DNA of 64,000 nt from Rhynchopus sp. YZ270_cl-10. Its lineage: Eukaryota. A model generated the notes under the pieces. It saw nothing but the letters and a program-made list of their open reading frames with translations. It had not been told where the DNA came from and searched no databases. Location of the stretch: contig OZ037843.1 of the NCBI GenBank assembly GCA_964035575.1, positions 1,426,001 to 1,490,000 on the forward strand, written 5' to 3'. Positions 1 to 9,757 of the stretch are shown here, one piece after another. Both the position numbers and the translations under genes were made by a program. The number at the start of each line of letters is the position of its first letter. Position 1 is the first letter of the stretch.

Positions 1-351
1 CTTCCTGGTGTCATTGATATTAACGTGTCACGTGAGGCGGAGGGACAGGTGGTGCTCCGTTGTGCAGGTGCTGTGCTGTACGAGAAGTTCAGTGACAAGG
101 TGCAGACTGTATTTGCTGTGAAGGGTCTGTGCAGCAGCGAAAACGAGGAGTGGATGTACCAGCTGGAGTCTGCCTCAAACAACCCGCACGCACTGTGGAA
201 CGAGGTCTTCGAGCACATCATCAAACAGGACTTTGAGAAGGCGTCTTCTCTGCTGGACAGCGTCGCTCAGGACCAACGCACACCTTACGAAGAGCTTGTG
301 GTCTATGTGCGGGAGAAGGCTTATGCACCGTACGTTGTGGATCTGCACTGA
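1..351 (+). CDS. 3' end of a family A receptor pseudo-cyclase (copy A0, continues upstream of the window)
   Basis: Frame 1 reads LPGVIDINVSREAEGQVVLRC...EEWMYQLES...PYVVDLH*, nearly identical to the C-termini of 5488-8097 and 9758-12379. Confidence 0.9.
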   Translation, partial: LPGVIDINVSREAEGQVVLRCAGAVLYEKFSDKVQTVFAVKGLCSSENEEWMYQLESASNNPHALWNEVFEHIIKQDFEKASSLLDSVAQDQRTPYEELVVYVREKAYAPYVVDLH

Positions 352-1130
352 GGCAATTTGTTTTTGTTCTTGATACTGTAATGTTGTATTTTTTTTTTGT
401 GCGAAAATGTGTTTATGTTTGTGTGTATTTGTGATGCAGATATCACCGACATTTTCATTCAACCAATAGTATATTCTTTCTTTAGCTCTCACCTTACAGG
501 GATGTACAGTCCGCGGCTTTACTGGGGTGGGGGCTGAATATGAGATACGATATCTCTTATTCACTTTGCGGACGGAAATTTCATTAAAAGTGCATTAGAA
601 AGACATGTGGTATCTCTTGTTCCGCCCCCCCCCTCCAGTGACGCGAGCTGCAGTCTCAAGGTATCAAAGTCATACTCTTCCATACGGTTTTCGGGAGAGA
701 GTGAAAAAAACCACCATTTTTTGTCAAAAATGAAAAAGGCACCCGCTATTTCATAGGCAGTTGTGGTACATTCACATTCGAACAACCACAGCCACTTGTT
801 TTTTTCTTCTTCTTTCTTGTTTTTTTTGAGCGGTCTAAAGGGCACTTTTCCTGGTCAGAGAGCAGACCGCCGCTACCAGTTTATACTTTTACTTTGAAAA
901 ACACAAAATGATTCCTGATAAGACCACTGAATTGATAAGCTGCATAGCCTATTCATGTTCCGATTGATAGGTTCCGCACGTTGCTTTGGTCTTGGATCCA
1001 AAACACAAAAGCAACAAAAAAGCGAATAGTGCATTTTTTGAGACCACCATAAAAAGAGCATGAAGCAAAAAAAAACAAGTAATTGCTATCGGAAAAAAAA
1101 CGGGGTGTGCTGTGGTTATGGGGGGTACCG

Positions 1131-1801
1131 CAGGGGTCCTAACGCTGTTCTCAAAAAAATTAAAAATGGTAACTTCAAGGTCACTTCTCGTTTTTTGGGG
1201 AGGGAAAAAAAAAACTTTCCCCCTCAGAGGAACAACAAAAGTGAGGTTGAAAAGGTGCAAATTCCTCGGACATACACTGGACGTTGGTTATCGCCGTATC
1301 ATAGGGACAGAGTACTAGATACGATTTTTTTTGTGAGGCAATTTCGCGGTGTCGCAGTCTGATGCCACTGTTATGCTTCTTACCACGAACAACACAACAC
1401 AGCCATAGGCAGATGTTTTGGCAGATGTTTAGTGGGTGTCAGCCTTCTTATCAGTAACCTCAGTACACTTATAAAAGAAACGGCGGTCATGTCACCCAAA
1501 GGTTCCTGGCGAAGCCACGGTACGCAACATTTCAAAAAATTGCGCTTAAAATTGTGGCAACCTGCAGCCCTGCAGACCCCTGATCTTGGCAAAAGAAAAA
1601 AATTCCCGGACCCTCCAACGTGCTCCCAGTGTATGTTAAGCATCCGAGGTCACTTCGCGACACCGGATTTCAAAAAATAAAAATAAAAAGGTCACTTTTT
1701 AGGGCACTTTTCGAAGGTCACTTCGAAGTGACCTTCGGATTTCAAAAAAATAAAAAAGGTCACTTCAGAAGTGGTAAAAGTTACCACTCTTAGGACCCCT
1801 G
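1131..1801. mobile_element. Non-autonomous TIR transposon, hAT-like termini
   Basis: TIRs CAGGGGTCCTAA (1131) and TTAGGACCCCTG (ends 1801). Flanks GGGGTACCG / GGGGTACCC form an imperfect target duplication. Subterminal GGTCACTTC repeats. An internal segment (~1430-1555) recurs inverted at ~28370-28600. Confidence 0.65.
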
Positions 1802-2117
1802 GGGGTACCCACACTACTGAACACCGCCCTGTAGAAATAATCTATACTCTGCTCTTCTGCAGGTATGCGAAAACGCTGCCACAACCACTGGGACGCCTGC
1901 ACTTGAAACGTTCAAGAACGGGGGCTGTCATCCTCAGACCCGTCTTCGTACACACCATTTGCTCGATGGATGGTCGGCGTGTTCCAGCTCGTTGTAGTCC
2001 ACAGCCTCCCACTCATCGTCGCCGGAGGAGGACTGCGCAAGAAACACAGACGACTAACTGTCGTCGATCACACCATGCGCATCAGCACCACCCAGCAAAG
2101 CGCCAGGCTGCTATGTT

Positions 2118-2465
2118 GGTTTCGAAAATCGCGCGGAGTTTCCCACAGCACACCTCGTTTTTTTCCTTAGCAATTCGTTATTTTGTTGTTGTTTTCCACA
2201 CACCTTCCTTCAGCCCTTGTAGGATCAGTTGTAATTTTTTTCTAGAAAACTTGAAATTACACATTTCAAGAGAACAAATTAAAAAGGGTCCTTATTTGCA
2301 TTTTTGGGCTCCGCCCGTGCAGTGGTGGGGTCAATCTCGAAAATTGGACAATTTTTTGACCACTTAAATTTTGAGAAATATGAGCCCGGTTGCTTATACG
2401 TGGGGCCCATTTTGGCCAAAATTTTCCTCAAAATCCGGCTTTGTAATATTGACCCTTTCCCCCCC
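2118..2465. repeat. Dispersed repeat; inverted copies at ~63310-64000 and ~41520-41660
   Basis: Direct sequence match, e.g. GAAATATGAGCCCGGT...GGGCCCATTTTGGCCAAAATTTT here and its reverse complement near 63365-63420. Confidence 0.8.
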
Positions 2466-2473
2466 CCCCCCTA

Positions 2474-3658
2474 GGTGGGGGCAAAACCCCTATTTTTTTG
2501 AGGCATTTCGATTTTTTTTGGATTTACGTGTAAAGTACCCGCAAACCACCGAAAATTTCGGGTCAGAGATGGTTTTGGGGTGTGGTTTGGGGGTGTTCTA
2601 TAGGTGAGACACCCCAGAGATCCAAAAAAATGGAAAAAAATAGCAAAAATAGACCATTTTGGCCGTTTGGGCCATTTTGGTCAAAATGGCCATTTTTGAC
2701 CAATATTTCAAAAAAAAAAGCAAAAATTTGTCATCATTAGGCCTGTCTGGGCACAAATATGCCCCAAAAATGTCCCGCGAGTCCATTCCGACCTGTTTTG
2801 AACACATTTATCGCCTTTTTTGGTGTTTTTTTGGTGTTTTGAGGTCAAAAAAGATCCCCTGACTATCCCCTGGCAGCCCTGGGCCGCGACTTGCGCCCTG
2901 CTTTTGGACCCCCTCTGGGCCAAAAAATGGGTGAAAACCCTCGAAAAAGCACTCCGGGGACCCAGATAGTTCCATATATCCACCAGAAACCCACCCAAAC
3001 ACCTCAAAAACATGCCAGAAAAATATTTTCAAAAACACACTTTTTTCAAAAAGTTCATCTGGGCAGGTTCCATAATGACTTATTTGAAAAAGTGTGTTTT
3101 TGAAAATGTTTTTCTGACATGTTTTTGAGGTGTTTTTGAGGGTGTGCGGTGGAAATTTGGAACTATCTGGGCTCCCAGAGTGCTTTTTCGGAGGTTTTCG
3201 CCCATTTTTTGGCCCAGAGTGGGTCTAAAAGCAGGGCGCAAGTCGCGGCCCAGGGCTGCCAGGGGATAGTCAGGGGATCTTTTTTGACCTCAAAACACCA
3301 AAAAAACACCAAAACAAGTGCCTAAAGTGTCCAAAACAGGTCGGAATGGACTCACAGGACATTTTTGGGGTAGTTTCGTGCCCAAGCAGCTGTCATGATG
3401 TCGAAATTTTGCTGTTTTTTTGATTTTTTTCTCAAAAAATGGCCATTTTACCCAACATGGCCAAAACCGTCAAAAGCCACTTTTTCACTATTTTTTTTGC
3501 ATTTTTTCATATTCTGAGGTGCCCTAATCATGGATTTTCGGGTCTCAGGGTGTTTCTGACCCATTTCTGGGGGGTATGAGGGGTGTTGACAGGTTTTTTG
3601 CTCACAAAACCACTTTTTCCAAAAATGCCTCACCCGTCCTGAAGGTTTTGCCCCCCCC
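2474..3658. mobile_element. ~1.2-kb foldback (long imperfect palindrome) element with TA target duplication
   Basis: Arms are reverse complements around a centre near 3066 (e.g. GATCCCCTGACTATCCCCTGGCAGCCCTGGGCCGCGACTTGCGCCCTGC and its complement). Ends are TA|GGTGGGGGCAAAACC and GGTTTTGCCCCCCCC|TA, inserted in a poly-C run. Confidence 0.8.
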
Positions 3659-5389
3659 TACCCCCCCCCCCCCCACATCGATCCTATTCCAACCATTTTC
3701 TTTTCTTTTTTACTAAAATACCTCAAACAAAACAAAGTTCTTGTACACATCTTTGTATGTGTTCAAGAACTTTGTTGTCAGACCGGCCTTGCCGCCACAT
3801 CCTTGTAGGGAGTTGTGCTGTCTGTATACTACTTTGGGATACTCTTGTTGTGCTTTTTGTTTATTTTGTTATTTTCCTTTTCTTTGTAATTTTATTCTCC
3901 TGGTACGGGTCATCTGGGCAAGCGTCGCTCAACCAATGATACGTGGACGCCGTTTTTTATTACGCCAGATACAAGTTAGAATATCACGTTTTCGTTTTCT
4001 TTTCAGCTGATTTTCCTTTTCTAGTGTTTGTCGACCAGTGGTTGTTTCTCGGTAACTGATCATTATTTGAATTCACCACGACTCTTTGGTCCCTGTTCAT
4101 GTCGGTTCTTGGTCCTTGTACTTTTTAGGGCTACGTGCTTTATATACTACTTATATGTAGTTATGTATTTTCCAAGTGGACCCGACTACCCGATGTTTTA
4201 CATCATTTTCTTTTACTTTTAATCCTACCTTTTAGCGAAAAACACTCCCACCCTCCCCAATACAGAAATCTGTTTTTGTCCCCAGACTGCCCCCCTGTTT
4301 TGGATACGGAGTGCCTTTTGTTTTAAATAAAAAGTAATTTATTGCTTTTATCTATTCAAAAAAAAATATTTATTTATCAAAAACCCCCCCACATCGATTT
4401 CAATACTATACCTTACTTCACCTTCGGTTACCCTTACAGGGGGGTGAAGGAAGGTAAGTTGAAAAACAAAAACTTTCATTCAACCACAGTCAGTTGATAT
4501 TTTTTCTTTTTACGCACACTACTTTGTGAGCGGAAAGTGTCAACGTCGTTCACTCACCCCAACCGTACTCTGCAGCACCACCACCAACAGGTGATAGTGT
4601 GTGGAAGCGTCAACGCATCAAACAACTACATGAAGGGGGGTGAGCAAGGACACGTGACACTTTTCTCTTTATTCACTGTCATCTCCTGAACAGATTTTAT
4701 CTCAGAAATTACTTTTTACTGCAGACTCATCAGCCAATACTCACCCTCACATACGTGTCTGCAACGACCTGTGTGTCTCTCCCTCTGTATTTGCTTTCTC
4801 GTAGTTTAACAGAAGAACGGGGTTGGGAATGCTTCATGAAAAATGTGACGGCACCAGAAAACATTCATTTGTTGCTTCCCCGTTGTGACAGTCTTTTGCA
4901 AATACGTTGCAAAAGAAACACAACTAACGATCATAAAAAGCTCACTGTCTCAACCTTCGTGTTTGTCTTTCATTCTTTTGAAGCTTGAAGGATGTGTGTG
5001 CACGGGAGGCACGTTCATCTGTCAAGGCTTCTTTCTTTCCTTTCCTTTGCTGGTATTCTATAAGTTTGCTTCACTATCGTTGATTCATCTTTAGTTTCTG
5101 TGTTGTTGACTTTTGGCTTTCGTGACGGAAGCACCTGGAACACACTGCTTTCTATGGTTCTTAGCTTGCCTAGAGCAAATACAGTCACGATCATCAGCCA
5201 ACTTGTCTTCAGAACATTGCTCAGGAAACAAAGGCGCAGGCCGTCAGAGTAGTTTATTCAGTTCGCTTCAGTAGTGTTGACACTCAATAGCGTCACTTTC
5301 TGCTATTGACGGTAGTTGTGTGGGCACTCATTTTAAAGTGCCTTCACAAACAGCCACAGGTAGTTACCCAAAACCACACACACAGTATC

Positions 5390-5487
5390 CACCCCACATA
5401 CTTTTGCCTTGTCTTGCATCCTGTGTGTCCCCACACCACACCACACATCCCCAGACACTCTCTTCCTTTTCTGTACACCTCAAAACA
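5390..5487 (+). promoter_or_regulatory. Conserved pyrimidine-rich 5' leader / putative trans-splice acceptor region of family A genes
   Basis: CCCACATACTTTTGCCTTGTCTTGCATCCTG...CCCCAGACACTC...CCTCA(A/G)AACAATG precedes A1, A2 and A3 (shortened before A4). The splice-acceptor role is inferred from euglenozoan gene organisation. Confidence 0.5.
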
Positions 5488-8097
5488 ATGGTGTCATGCG
5501 GGATCCAGTCGCTGACAATACTGCTGTGTGTGGTGCTGATTCTGTCGACAGGTGCGATCATCGGTGGCTTCACTCTGTCAACATGGGACGACCTTCTGGA
5601 GAAGGCACGTGACACAGGTGATGAGGGCTTCGGGATGTGTCTCGACAGTGGTACGGCGGACATCGAAACGGTCTCGGCACGTTACCTGCGCTCCGTTCTT
5701 GGCAGTGTGGATATGGCAGTGAAGGAGTACCTGAAGGTGCCTGAGCAGCTCGTGATATCGCTCGCCACCCTGGCACAGGCGTACCACCCAAACATCAGCA
5801 CGAGCCCCGACTTTGCTAATATAATGCGTCCTTCAGTCTTGTCTGCTTTTAAGGCTGGGATGGCTGCTGGGGTCCTACAGATCAGTCACGAAACGTACCC
5901 GTGGTGTGCGGCACATCCTGTTCCGTGGAAGAGGGGTGACGGGTTTGCAGGGTGGGGATCGCAGTTCTCGCATTTTGCCAATAACCCTGGGAGAAGTGTC
6001 CTTCCGACAAATGGCAGTGCCGTGTTCATGGTGGTCGAGACACGTGACCACATAACGATGTCGCATGGACTGGGTGACTGGGCCCTGTTCACGGAAGTCG
6101 ACGAGCTAGGAAACTACAAGTACGGCTCTGAGCCATGCAACCTGCAGCGTCCTGACTACAACAAAGGCGAAGTGCAGGGTATGTGCATATACCCCCTCGC
6201 GTTGACTGCACTTCCGGGCGACCCGATGGTTGCCCAACGTGGGAGACAGATGTACTACCTGGCTGCCGACGAGCCACCACTCAACCCTGCAGACACGCTT
6301 GTCTACGCACAAATGCAACTTCAGTGGGGACGAATGATATGGGAGCTGAGCTACACCTACACCCACCCAGATATGTACACGATGTACCCCAAACAGGGCA
6401 AGCGTGTAGGCGTTGTCACTACCACCATTACTGGGAATGGGGTAACCGACGTGGTGCGTGCACAGCTGCTCCCGAAGGACACGTCGTTGTACCTGGTGGA
6501 GGAGGACCATGCATCTGGTTCAGTGGGGACAGTTGTCGCGTACAACAGAGGACGGCAGATTAAGATTGTGCGCCTGCTCACCTCACTGAACGTCTGGGTA
6601 AACACTGCGGTTAGCGTCAACATAACGAACCACTCGATGGAAGACGCGACGTCGCACATCCCCTCAGTGATTGCAGAGCACGGACGGTTTGTGTTCACAC
6701 ACCCGCAGAACTACAGAGACCTTGTGGAGAAGACAGAGGACTCCTTCCTGAAGTGGTCTGACTCGAACGGCACGGAGTTCTGGACAATCACGTCGACAAT
6801 TGAACACAGAACGATCCTGTGGTATGCGAACCTTCTTGTGCCTCGGGCGTCTGTGATGGATACGATTGATGCGTCGACGAATGCAATCCGTGCGAAGGTG
6901 GCATCAGATCTGTCCTCTGCAGACGCACAGAAGGAGGATGCGGTGACTGTGATGGTGATTGTGACGGCTGTTGCGGTGATAGGACTTCTTGCCATTGCTG
7001 TTGTGTTCACACGCTACATCACGTCACCTCTGCTGAAGCTTGGGAGTGAGATGGCAAGTGTGGCTGTGATGGACCTGGAGGCTGTGGACACGGGCCGTGC
7101 AGTGTCGCAGCTGAGTGAGGTGGGGGTGATGCAGCGCAGCTTTGTTACCATGGTGGCGAACCTGGTGGAGTACCGGAACTACATGCCGCAGAGTGTGCTT
7201 GTCAACGACAGTGACAAAGAAGGGTCCGTGAAAGAGTCCTCACGGGAGACGATGTCGCAGTCGGGCATGTCACAAACGAAAACCAACGCCACTTCTGCTG
7301 AAACAATGCAGGCACAGAAGGCACTGCTGCGTGTGGAAGGGATGAAGAAGAAGAAGGTGTCTCTGGCACACATGAACGTCGTGTCGTGGCACGCCTTCTG
7401 CAAGAAGCACAAGGACGCAGAGGTGCTCTCCGCACACGCAGGTGTGATTGAGAGGATCCTGACAGCAGTGCAGCACAACAAGGGTGTGTGCGACACGTTT
7501 GCTGGCGACAAGATGCTTGCCACCTTCAACGCCTTTGTTCCGAAGCCGTCGCACAGTGTTTCCTGTGTGAAGGCTGCACACGAAGCAGCAACAGCACTTG
7601 GTGACGTGCACACGATCTCGTATGGATGCACGACAGGCGAGGCACGTGTCGGGAACATGGGTTGCAACGGGATGAAGAAGGTGTCGATTCTTTCGCAGTC
7701 CATGTCGTGGGTGGTTGTGCTTGAGCGTTGGAACAAGAAGCACAACCTTCCTGGTGTCATTGACCGCAATGTGTCACGTGAGACGGAGGGACAGGTGGTG
7801 CTCCGTTGTGCAGGTGCTGTGCTGTACGAGAAGTTCAGTGAGAAGGTGCAGACTGTGTTTGCTGTGAAGGGTCTGTGCAGCAGCGAAAACGAGGAGTGGA
7901 TGTACCAGCTGGAGTCTGCCTCAAACAACCCGCACGCACTGTGGAACGAGGTCTTCGAGCACATCATCAGACAGGACTTTGAGAAGGCGTCTTCTCTGCT
8001 GGACAGCGTCGCTCAGGACCAACGCACACCTTACGAAGAGCTTGTGGGCTATGTGCGGGAGAAGGCTTATGCACCGTACGTTGCACGTTTGCACTGA
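5488..8097 (+). CDS. Family A receptor (A1): TM, Cache-like ectodomain, TM, HAMP-like linker, degenerate class III cyclase domain; 869 aa
   Basis: ATG at 5488 is shared by all paralogs. TM1 LTILLCVVLILSTGAIIGGFTL; TM2 VTVMVIVTAVAVIGLLAIAVVFT. WYANLLVPRASVMDTI resembles a Cache C-terminal strand. Cyclase-like motifs GVCDTFAGDKMLATFN and YGCTTGEARVGNMG. Confidence 0.88.
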   Translation: MVSCGIQSLTILLCVVLILSTGAIIGGFTLSTWDDLLEKARDTGDEGFGMCLDSGTADIETVSARYLRSVLGSVDMAVKEYLKVPEQLVISLATLAQAYHPNISTSPDFANIMRPSVLSAFKAGMAAGVLQISHETYPWCAAHPVPWKRGDGFAGWGSQFSHFANNPGRSVLPTNGSAVFMVVETRDHITMSHGLGDWALFTEVDELGNYKYGSEPCNLQRPDYNKGEVQGMCIYPLALTALPGDPMVAQRGRQMYYLAADEPPLNPADTLVYAQMQLQWGRMIWELSYTYTHPDMYTMYPKQGKRVGVVTTTITGNGVTDVVRAQLLPKDTSLYLVEEDHASGSVGTVVAYNRGRQIKIVRLLTSLNVWVNTAVSVNITNHSMEDATSHIPSVIAEHGRFVFTHPQNYRDLVEKTEDSFLKWSDSNGTEFWTITSTIEHRTILWYANLLVPRASVMDTIDASTNAIRAKVASDLSSADAQKEDAVTVMVIVTAVAVIGLLAIAVVFTRYITSPLLKLGSEMASVAVMDLEAVDTGRAVSQLSEVGVMQRSFVTMVANLVEYRNYMPQSVLVNDSDKEGSVKESSRETMSQSGMSQTKTNATSAETMQAQKALLRVEGMKKKKVSLAHMNVVSWHAFCKKHKDAEVLSAHAGVIERILTAVQHNKGVCDTFAGDKMLATFNAFVPKPSHSVSCVKAAHEAATALGDVHTISYGCTTGEARVGNMGCNGMKKVSILSQSMSWVVVLERWNKKHNLPGVIDRNVSRETEGQVVLRCAGAVLYEKFSEKVQTVFAVKGLCSSENEEWMYQLESASNNPHALWNEVFEHIIRQDFEKASSLLDSVAQDQRTPYEELVGYVREKAYAPYVARLH

Positions 8098-9757
8098 AGT
8101 GCGGAACTGATACATGGTAATATTTTCCTGTGCCTGTGACCTGAGTGCAACCGATATGCACCGAGTTTATGATTGGTTCTAAATTTTTACACAAAAATGC
8201 AGATTGTACTTTCCAGTCACCCTCTTCTGCAGTAAGGCCTCACTGGGGTAGTCCCCTCTACTTAGAAAGGCTAGCATATTTTTTTACACGTGTGTGTGGT
8301 ATCCTTTTCCCCTTCTTTTCAAAACCAGGGCGGTACCGAAGTCCGATAACTTCAAAACCAGTCGATTTTACACATTTCTGATGTTTCTGGGCGCATTTGG
8401 ACCCCTGTGACCACCATGTAAAACACCCTACAGACCCCACGAACAACATTTTATTATTTACACGTTCTTGATCTAGGTGAGGAAGCGTTCCAACTCTTAG
8501 CCCCCTCTTCCCCTATTTTTCCATTCGTGATTTTTCCTCCCATTACCCCCGTTTTTTTACAACAGAGTCTGTTCATTAATATTTTCTGCTCCTTGGCTTT
8601 CTTCGTTGACTTTGCGAAGGTGACTGCATTGACAGCTACAGGTTGTCACCCTGTCGTAGGCGAAATTTTTTTTTTTTTTGGCAACCCTGTATAAAATCCC
8701 AACGCAATTTTTTTTTTTTTTGGCAACTTTCATTTTCCAAAAATCAGGGACAGGGACAGGTTTTTAGAAATGGCCCTGACTGCATGTCCCTAAAAAAAGG
8801 GTAGACTTTGGCTCCGTGCTCTTATTACTTCCCAGCTTGCTTTGGTGGGGTTGTCAGGGTCTTTAGTCACCAAAAACATCCACACTTTCTGTGGGGAACC
8901 ACCGTACGTTTTCCTCATCCAGTATGCTACCTACACCTTCCAATGAAAGGGTACACGACTGTTAAAATGTGGATTACGACAATCCGGATTAATAATCCAC
9001 ATTGTGTTGCATTATCCAGATGGTCCACATTGAAACCACTACCAAGCATTCCTAGCTTTTTCTGTTTGTATTAAATTGTTTGATTGAAATATTTTTTATG
9101 TTTTTTCCCCACCCCCGCAAACAAAAAAAAGACAAACAGGAGAGGTGGTGAAAAGCACCCTAGTTTCGAGTGCGAAACGTTTGTGCACGGGAAACAATAT
9201 GACAAACAGGTGCAGGGTGGTTCCGTGCATATCATAGAACCTGGCACCTTGTGTGTCTCCCAAAAAAACCAAAAGCGTTCTGTGTGTAGTTTTGAAGGAA
9301 GGAAAAATAAAAGCACAATCAAATACTCACACAGAAAAATCAAAAATACCGGTTTCCGCCCTTTTTGATTTGCATCATCTCACACCTGTGCTCTGTAGCA
9401 GATAGCAAGAGTTTTGTTGTGTTCTTCATTAATTGCGTGATTTTTGTGTTATTTCATGCGAAGTGGCTTTACAGTCAAATGACAAATAGATATAGGACTA
9501 CATGGTTGGGGTGCACCGGTACACAGGGAATGTACCAAGGCACACTTTGTTTGCGCCAGAAAGTCCTTTTTGTCCCTAAAAAACAGAAAGTGGAGACAGC
9601 ACAACTGTGGCAACAACCGAGGTAACTACACTAGTCCAATGAAGATGAAATACACCCCCATACCCACATACTTTTGCCTTGTCTTGCATCCTGTCTGTCC
9701 CCTCACCACACCACACATCCCCAGACACTCACTTCCTTTTCTGCACACCTCAGAACA

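Noticed and set aside
1860..2115. Protein-coding gene in a GC-richer patch
   Set aside because: No sustained ORF with recognisable motifs on either strand; probably a decayed fragment within a repeat.
5320..5487. N-terminal extensions from the ORF track (also 9674, 18732, 36715, 39261, 43627, 59287)
   Set aside because: They mostly begin at non-ATG codons in pyrimidine-rich leaders; paralog comparison and signal/TM position support the downstream ATGs.
7179..7967. Long minus-strand ORFs opposite family A and B genes (also 11446-12252, 35271-36023, 40067-40846, 45402-46214)
   Set aside because: Antisense shadows of codon-biased CDSs; Ser/Thr/Arg-rich with no recognisable motifs.
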